64,000 bases of DNA from Amoebophrya sp. A120. Lineage: Eukaryota; Protista; Dinoflagellata. A model generated the notes under the pieces. The model worked only from the letters and a program-made list of their open reading frames with translations. It made no database searches and was not told where the DNA came from. The stretch spans positions 888,035 through 952,034 of the forward strand of contig CAJINV010000003.1 in the NCBI GenBank assembly GCA_905178155.1, given 5' to 3'. Position numbers and translations under genes: made by a program. Of the stretch, positions 56,912-64,000 are shown piece by piece; position 1 is the stretch's first letter; each line of letters starts with the position of its first letter.

Positions 56912-59357
56912 ATGGGTGTGGTGTCACAATTTCTGCTTCCACCAGACCACGCCGGAGTCCCATCCTTGCCCCGACATGTCGCGGGAAAGAATTTCGAAGC
57001 AACTTCTCCCGGTCTTTCCGAAGACCCCTGGTCCCCATCGTCTTTGTGGACCGGAACCTCAGCGCCCTCGTCCTCGAGCGGGAAGAAAATTACCCTCTCT
57101 GTTTCCGCTCATCCGTTCAACGAAATAAAAAAGTCTGCTAGAAGTAGTTCTTCATCATTTCTAGACACGGTCGGCTCGCCCGCCAGGTCCGGCTCTTTCA
57201 AACGGATCCGCCAGCGGCTACGCAGTGGGCGGACGACACGGCTTTCGTCGCAAGATTTCTTCCCAACAAACGGCAGCGACGGGGGTTGTATGGTCACGAC
57301 GGCGCAAACAAGTGTTGGCAAAAATCTTCACGAGTCAGCAAATGGTACAGCGAAACCGAGCCAGCATGTAGCAACGAGCTTTTTCCCGACCGTTTCCCCG
57401 GACCTGGTATCTTCTCTGGTAGCCGGCACGGGCACTCAGGTCTTGCGACGCGGCACCGGCCAGCTGGCCAGGTACCTGTTTGGCGATCAAACCGCAGGCT
57501 CTAGTACAACTTCCGCGTTTGGTGTCAGCAGCGCCTTTCACCCGCTCAGCGGGGGAGGTACTATGGGCAAGAAGACGGCACAGCAGCAACTACACCAGAC
57601 TCGGTTGCTGGAGGGAAAACTCAGTGGAGGGCGTAGCAGCAGACACACCTCGTTTCTGTCCCTGGCGGAGAATTTCGGGGCCATCGGCATCTTCTACGGG
57701 GTCGGCATTTTGATGTACGGCTTCACGCCCCACGATCAGTGGTCCGACAGCTACTTCCCCGAGGACAAGGGAAAGCCGGGGTTGGTCGACTGTCTCATCG
57801 AGGGCGGCTACTACGCCACACAGGTTTTAACCACCATCGGCTACGGCGACGTGTACCCCAAGGGGAATTTTCTGCGCATCGTCAACATCTTCTACATCCT
57901 CGCGGGCGTCGGGGTCGCTGGCTCGCTGGTCTTGGGAACCATCACGGACCAGATCACCGACAGGTGAAAATAGTTTTAGATGCTGCAGGAGTTTCATGAA
58001 CTGCGCGGGCGGCTCAATTTTTCGTCGCCTAAGCACGCAAACTCCAGCTCCTGTCTCTCCCTGTTTTTGCTTGTTCGTTGTTTGTGAACAGATGTTATGT
58101 CCGAGCTGCATCACGTCGTTCTACTCCAGCAGATCGAGGTCGTGTAACTCTCATGCAATCATGATCGACAAAATAAAATTTCGTGCCACATCAACATTTA
58201 TTATATACCAGGGTGAAAGACGCCGAGAAACGGCAGTTGCTGGCCACGCTGACGGACGCGGGTGATCCGCATGGTGCGGGTGGTAGTATGGAGAAGCCGG
58301 AGCGCGACCGGCTGAAACGACGAATGGAAGTGACCGAGGGAATGCTACTCGTCACGGTGCCCACGCTGCTCGGGTCTTTGGTGTATGGAGCCGTGCACAA
58401 CTGGGGCGTCGCGGGGTCCCTGCACTGGGCCGTCGTAACGAACTCCACCGTATCAAATGCAAAAATGTCTGGGTCTGGAAGATTACGAGACTTGGCATGC
58501 TTGTCTGGGATGGCCAAAAAGCTTGTGATGCGTGTCCAAGAAGAGACTTTTTTGTCTTCCATGCAAAAACGCAGCTTGTCATGCAAAAGTCGCAACAAAA
58601 CGAAGCGCAGACATTTCTAATGCTTCGCTGGGCATTACAGAGCGTTCACTATTCCCAGCGCAGCATTACAAGTTTCCAGACCCGGACACATTTGCACTTG
58701 ATAAACCGTCGGGTTCGGGGCCTACAGCATCGACAACCGCGCCATGCGACTGTTCTCCATTGCCTACATGAATATCGCGGTCGCCAGTTTCGCGCTGGGT
58801 CTCACGAAACTCACCGGCGTTTTGTTGGACGTATTTAATATATCACGACATTGATTTTGATTCTGATTCATGAACATGATCAGTTGTCGCTCTTTTCTTG
58901 CAGCTATGCCTTCAGTTGAAAATTTTGTGAGAAAGCACAAAGTCAAGTGTGTCCATTGCCGCATGAACTGATGTGTAGTTCCCATGATCATGAGGCTTTC
59001 TTCTAGTTTCATCAGAGTTGTACTCGATGTGCATGAGTAACTTCTCCTCGCTTGAAACACGAACTACAGGAAGTACAAAGCAGCGAACTGGACCCGGACT
59101 CTGTCACGCTCGACCAAGCCTTGGGGATGGACAGCGACGGCGACAAGCGCGTGGACAAGTACGAATTTGCGACCGGTTGTCTCCTGTCCTGCGGCAAGGT
59201 AACGGAAACCGACATGACGCAAATCATGAACCGGTTTCGCCAACTCGACCGGGACGGAAACGGCTTCCTCACCATTGAGGACCTCCCGGGCCAGTCGCAG
59301 CAGGGACAGACGCAGCCGGAAACTACACGACAGCCGACCGGGGCTGCTGCACAGTAA
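56912..59357 (+). CDS. Two-pore-domain K+ channel with two C-terminal EF-hands (TPK-like), exons 56912-57963, 58212-58450, 58709-58830, 59070-59357
   Basis: Pore 1 is LTTIGYGD. Pore 2, NSTVGFGA, appears only after removing the element at 58451. EF-hands are DSDGDKRVDKYEF and DRDGNGFLTIEDL. GT-AG introns are 57964-58211 and 58831-59069. Confidence 0.88.
58451..58703. mobile_element. Intronic TIR element, family B
   Basis: tatcaaatgcaaaaatgtctgggtctggaa ... ttccagacccggacacatttgcacttgata. Flanks are caccg/aaccg. Removing 258 nt restores TVGFG. Confidence 0.9.
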
Positions 59358-61009
59358 AAAATGTAAACTCCAGCTACCTTTTTAACTTCAGCGAAAGTAG
59401 AAAAGCTGCCGACCCCGTGTCCAACACGCGTCATCTTTGCCTACTTCGGAGCTAAAACGGGTGGCGTCTAGTCACGTTTGGAAGCGCGAGCGTGATTGTT
59501 TTTTTGCACAAATGATAAAATGAAAAACTAAAACTCACGGCACTTGTTACGTCAGATAACGATAAACAGCTACAGCACACACGAGATGAGTTGACCTTGT
59601 GAAAATATGTTACCCCTTACGCTTCGTCCCTTGTTTCCGTTTCATCCGCAAGGTTTTTTGATGAACTCGCTTCCTTTTGAAAGTCCTCGCACGAAAGCTT
59701 CGCAACGTATTTGAAAAAAGACCACTCGATGATATTCCTAGAAGTAGAAAAAGGTAAAACGCAAGAAACAGCAGTAAGTAGACCAATCTCAGTTTCATCG
59801 CTTGCGACTAAACTTGTATGGAAATGTAAACAGGTCAGAAGCTGACCACAGCAACGCGAACGTAGAAGTAGTAGCAGAAAAATATCATGCAGAACTGGTG
59901 TAAATGGGCACACAGCAGCATTGCGTGCTGCCGACAACATAAATGTTTCCACTCGCTGCAATTACAAATGAATTTATGTCATTCAAAATTTGAACGCTGT
60001 CACCGCAGGCGCACCTCTTGTTCGTCGTTGTTGAGTTGTAAGCTGCCTCGATCCAAGTGCAAGTTGAAATTTTCGCTACTGTTAGAAGAGATCAACATAT
60101 GACTTTTCCGAGCAGTGACAACTATTAGGTGCGCTCAATGATCACAATGCATTCCGCTGACGGTTCGTTTCAACAAATTGCGCACCCTAACACGTCGAGT
60201 TTAACGTCATTGGCAAGCATCGTCGCCAGAGATCAGAATAGGCACTGAAATTTCGCTCAGTTCCCGCACAAACAATCGCTATCGGTAAACGTCAATCTAA
60301 GTTTGGGAGATCCTCGCACTACTTGGATGAAATTCAAAATGTGACTTCATACTCCTATTCAGGTGTTGTCTTCATGATCAATGTGAGACAATATCGCTAA
60401 ATACCCTGTTATTTCCAGCGCAAATGCACCAATTCCAATTCAATTGAAAATGAAATTGCGTTTCCCATCCATCTTTGACGTGCTTAGGACCAATTTCATT
60501 TTGCATTGAAAGGTGTGCAGTAGCAGTGAAAGTCTCGCCAGGAAACGGAAACGGTTAGTACGTTGGTACAAAGCAGGCGGAACGGCCTTCTAAACTGGCA
60601 AGTAGCTCAAGACAAACTCAACAACAAGTTCAACTCAAAAATTATTACTAGTTGCAAACATCAACACTCCGCCACCGCCGTGTAAGATTGAACTCTACAT
60701 ATACTTTTTTGTTGTTGTCTCAACAACGTTCGTAGGAAGTGGAAAATCACGTTTTGATCCCTCTGAGAGAGCATTTCTCGAAGCGCACGACCCACCAAAG
60801 AAGTCCTAGTTTTGTTCTCGCTTTTGATAAATGTTTTGCGTAGTATTGGGAACCGGACGAACGTAAAAGTACTTATACACATTAAGCTGAACAAGAAGAC
60901 GTGACATCATTATATTAGGCTAGTTGTTTTTTACATGAGGTGAAGAAGAACCAGTGAGTTACGTTCTGTGCCGGTCCCTGTCGCAAATTCTTTTTTGGAC
61001 AGAATTGAG

Positions 61010-62425
61010 ATGACGTTGTCGCGGGAGATGCGCAGCCAACACGACAGAGATCACGACCCCGAAAATCCGCATCAAGAAGCTTCCCTGCTTTGCCACGGAC
61101 GGTCGCTGCTTTTTGCGGCCGAGGAGGGTGATTCTGATTCCACATTCGTAGCGAAGGCATCCCTGCTGGCCGCTGGAACAACAAGTTGTGGAGAGGAAGA
61201 TCCTGATCGTGGTGATACCTCATCTTCTTGTTGTCGAAGGTTATTGTGGCTTTGGGTGGTGCTAGCAGTCGTTGTGGTTCTTTTGACCGCTGGCATCGTA
61301 CCAGTGGCGATCGTAGTGGCAAAAAATAACGAACAGGCGGAAAGGTCGCACACCATCGAGCACGGACAGCCGGGAACAGGTACACACGGCTCGAGTAGTA
61401 CTCATAATTCGCCAGGGACGAGGCCGCACAACCCTAGGACTGGCCCACCCCCACCAGGTGGTGCGGGTAGGCCACCACCCCCACCTAGTGGTCCCCATGC
61501 TGGGCCGAGTGTTCCACCAGCGTCTACTCCTGCGCAGTTTTCCAAGGCCCAGGATGGACTCGCGGGCGCCAAGGAGTACATGACGTGGCTGCGAGACGTG
61601 AAAAAGGTGAACAAACTCGTGCTTGCGCATACTCTAGGAAGTTTGAACCCGATGCACAAGGGCCACGCAGCGCTGTTTGACCGGATCTACAGCGAGACCG
61701 ATGCCGCCAGCGCCGCGCTGACGAGGAAGCGGGAAGAGGATTCTGCCACGCAGTTTTTCGGCGGTCCGGAGTACGACCCTGGTTCCTTTGGCTTCCTCGG
61801 GTGGTACACCTTCAATGCGGACACGCACGTCCTCAACAAGATCCAACCGCCGGCGGACCGACCGAACTGGCGGTGGTTGGTCCGGCTCCGCGTGCCGATG
61901 GCCCACCTGGCGCTGCGATCGCGGGTCCACGCCTACGCTTCCGACACCCCGGAATTCTTTGCGCAGAAACGTCTTTCCGCCGATTTGTACGCCCACGCCG
62001 TCAGGCTGTTTGGTGAGGCGAACGTGGTGAAGCTGGATGTGAACGGGTCGGATGACGTACGCAAGTACAGGAAGTGGCAAAAGTCCCCGGCTGTGTTTCA
62101 GGCCGCTATCGTTCGCGATGCCGCCGACAGAAGTATTATTTTGAATACGAAGTACAACGAAGCAACTACGGGGCCCGTGACCGTTGGCCAGAGGTTGCAG
62201 GATGCCGGGGACGACTTTGCGAAGAAGTTCATGCTCGTTGACCAGGATCCTAGTAACCAGGCCGCTGCGGCGAGCAGCACAAAGGTCCGCACAGTGTTCA
62301 CAGCCTTACGAGCCAACCACACGGCCGCTTTGACGCCAGCACAGCAACAGGACCTGCAGGTCCTGCTCACGGACGACCAGGTAGCCATGCTGCAACAGAA
62401 ATTCGCGGAAGAGATCGGGGTATGA
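61010..62425 (+). CDS. Membrane-anchored HxGH nucleotidyltransferase-superfamily protein (NMNAT/cytidylyltransferase-like)
   Basis: TM helix LWLWVVLAVVVVLLTAGIVPVAIVV and a Pro-rich linker, followed by GSLNPMHKGH, NGSD and SSTKVR motifs. Confidence 0.7.
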   Translation: MTLSREMRSQHDRDHDPENPHQEASLLCHGRSLLFAAEEGDSDSTFVAKASLLAAGTTSCGEEDPDRGDTSSSCCRRLLWLWVVLAVVVVLLTAGIVPVAIVVAKNNEQAERSHTIEHGQPGTGTHGSSSTHNSPGTRPHNPRTGPPPPGGAGRPPPPPSGPHAGPSVPPASTPAQFSKAQDGLAGAKEYMTWLRDVKKVNKLVLAHTLGSLNPMHKGHAALFDRIYSETDAASAALTRKREEDSATQFFGGPEYDPGSFGFLGWYTFNADTHVLNKIQPPADRPNWRWLVRLRVPMAHLALRSRVHAYASDTPEFFAQKRLSADLYAHAVRLFGEANVVKLDVNGSDDVRKYRKWQKSPAVFQAAIVRDAADRSIILNTKYNEATTGPVTVGQRLQDAGDDFAKKFMLVDQDPSNQAAAASSTKVRTVFTALRANHTAALTPAQQQDLQVLLTDDQVAMLQQKFAEEIGV

Positions 62426-62633
62426 AGTACAAGATACCCTAGCAAGAACCGCTGGGGGACGCGCTGCGGGGTAAATCATTCATTGAAGGATGGAAGATGA
62501 GCCTGCAGCTCCGAGAAGTCAGCCTCAGCGTACTGACGATTGCCATGAGCTCCACATCAATCATGCCGATGATTCCGATTCGAGCTACGTGGCTAGCAGT
62601 GCGCAAAGGCGCTTGCCAGTTGTGCCTAGCCTT

Positions 62634-62727
62634 GTACTACAAGTTTTGGCTATCACGAACATACTAGGCTGTTACTACAAGTTTTGGCTGTTACTACAAG
62701 TTTTGGCTGTTACTACAAGTTTTGGCT
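62634..62727. repeat. 19-bp minisatellite gttactacaagttttggct x3, plus one displaced copy
   Basis: Exact copies at 62671, 62690 and 62709, and a near copy at 62634-62651. Confidence 0.9.
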
Positions 62728-64000
62728 TAATCTTAAACGAGCATACTAGTGTAGTAATTTTGGGAGGTTTTGTTTTTGCTCCCAATAATCATTAAATGAT
62801 GTCCATAGTTGGGTGCATCAGTAGACACCCCTGCTTATTATAAATTTATATTTGTTGACTACAGAAGTTTTGTTAGCAATCCAAATTAGACTATGCTGGC
62901 GCGAATTCGGCTTCGGCACAGGAGGTTGTAGGAGAAACAGAAAGATATATATGTATTTTTCTACTTTTTCCAAGGACTACAGCTACATCGAACTTTCTTC
63001 TTACGATTTCGAAAGAGAAAGTTCGACTGTGTGCGCGCTTCTGGAGGCGAGCGATACCTCGTTGTCTGCCGTGCTGTAAGATTCAACATTCGATTACTTA
63101 TGACCAAGAACACGACTCGAATGACCATAGTGCATAGTGTATGATGCTCAGATGGAGATGTTGTTGACCCAGATAGATGAATCTCTCTCTTCCTTCGTCA
63201 ACCTCGTCCCACACGATATGCACCGCGGATTGGGATCCGATCCCGAAAGCACAGGACCGTGCTGTCCTTGTCAGGAGTCATCTAGATCTACTGAAGTAGT
63301 ACAACGACCTCGTACTGTGTATTTGTCGTCGGGCAGATGTGCTTCCGATTCTCGTCTTGTGTCCCGGGAGAGTGAGACGTCCATTCAGAGATGCGCGGGA
63401 TGAAGCAATTATATGCATATGGTCTTCAACAACGTAAAACTCCGTATTATCTCGTTTCCTTCAGTAGTACAGAGCGCTTTCGAAGGATCAGAATCAAGAG
63501 TGACTTCTCGTGGGGTTGTTCCACGAAAATCGTATGTGTATCATCTCTACAATCATGTGTGATGTATGTCCTTGTTCCTCCTTCACGAGTTCATGTTCAT
63601 CGCACCTGCTTCCGCCCGAAATAACAATGATGCAAGTAAGTTAGTAGTTGTGACAGCGATAAACTACTGCTAATGCTACTTTTTCCTTCAAAAGAGTTGA
63701 GCCAAGATTTGGATTTGTTTGATTCGTAAAAATAGCTTCACCTCGGTGTTGTAAAAGGAAGATGCCGTCTTCGTCAGGTTCTGGTTACAGCTTGGGCCCC
63801 TGTTAAATAAGCGGCCGCGTAAGCTCTTTGTAATTGGTGCGTATTTCGCGTCTCGGATAATTTCACGAACAGTGCAGTGCACACCCTGAAACTTTCCCCA
63901 GGGTCGCAATATTTGGCAGCTTTCGCGCCCGCCGGTCGCAAGAACAAAAGCGGGCCAGCGATCCATCGTGGGTTGGCGCAGCTTTTGTGGCAGCGCCTTT

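Noticed and set aside
62634-62727. ttttggct in the 19-bp repeat as dinoflagellate spliced-leader relics
   Set aside because: Only 8 nt match CCGTAGCCATTTTGGCTCAAG, and the flanking bases and order disagree.
62490-64000. ORFs 62490-62795 and 63137-63403 as genes
   Set aside because: They are short, one spans a minisatellite, and there is no recognisable homology or exon chain.

Overview
Eukaryotic, gene-dense DNA in which all 14 credible protein genes lie on the + strand. The products are an ARM/HEAT protein, an importin-5-like karyopherin, two ankyrin proteins, three tandem CRAL-TRIO/Sec14-like paralogs, an NSUN6-like m5C methyltransferase, an XRN exoribonuclease, a PLOD-type glycosyltransferase, a two-pore EF-hand K+ channel, an HxGH nucleotidyltransferase and three unknowns. 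The architecture suggests a parasitic dinoflagellate such as Amoebophrya (inference, not checked). Two intron classes coexist. The first is about 19 GT-AG introns, many with A-rich acceptors. The second is 15 non-canonical, TIR-bounded intronic elements (introner-like) that follow one rule read directly from the sequence: 5-nt direct repeat | TAT(C/G)...(C/G)ATA | 5-nt direct repeat, plus a shared internal GCAT(T/G/C)ACA motif. Removing the element and one repeat copy restores the reading frame and the alignment to an intron-free paralog, and sister copies occur in both orientations. One element carries a nested 4.66-kb TIR transposon with inverted arrays of 91-bp repeats. A 1.5-kb GC-rich island may be a decayed reverse transcriptase. 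All exon structures were derived by hand; none is confirmed by transcripts.
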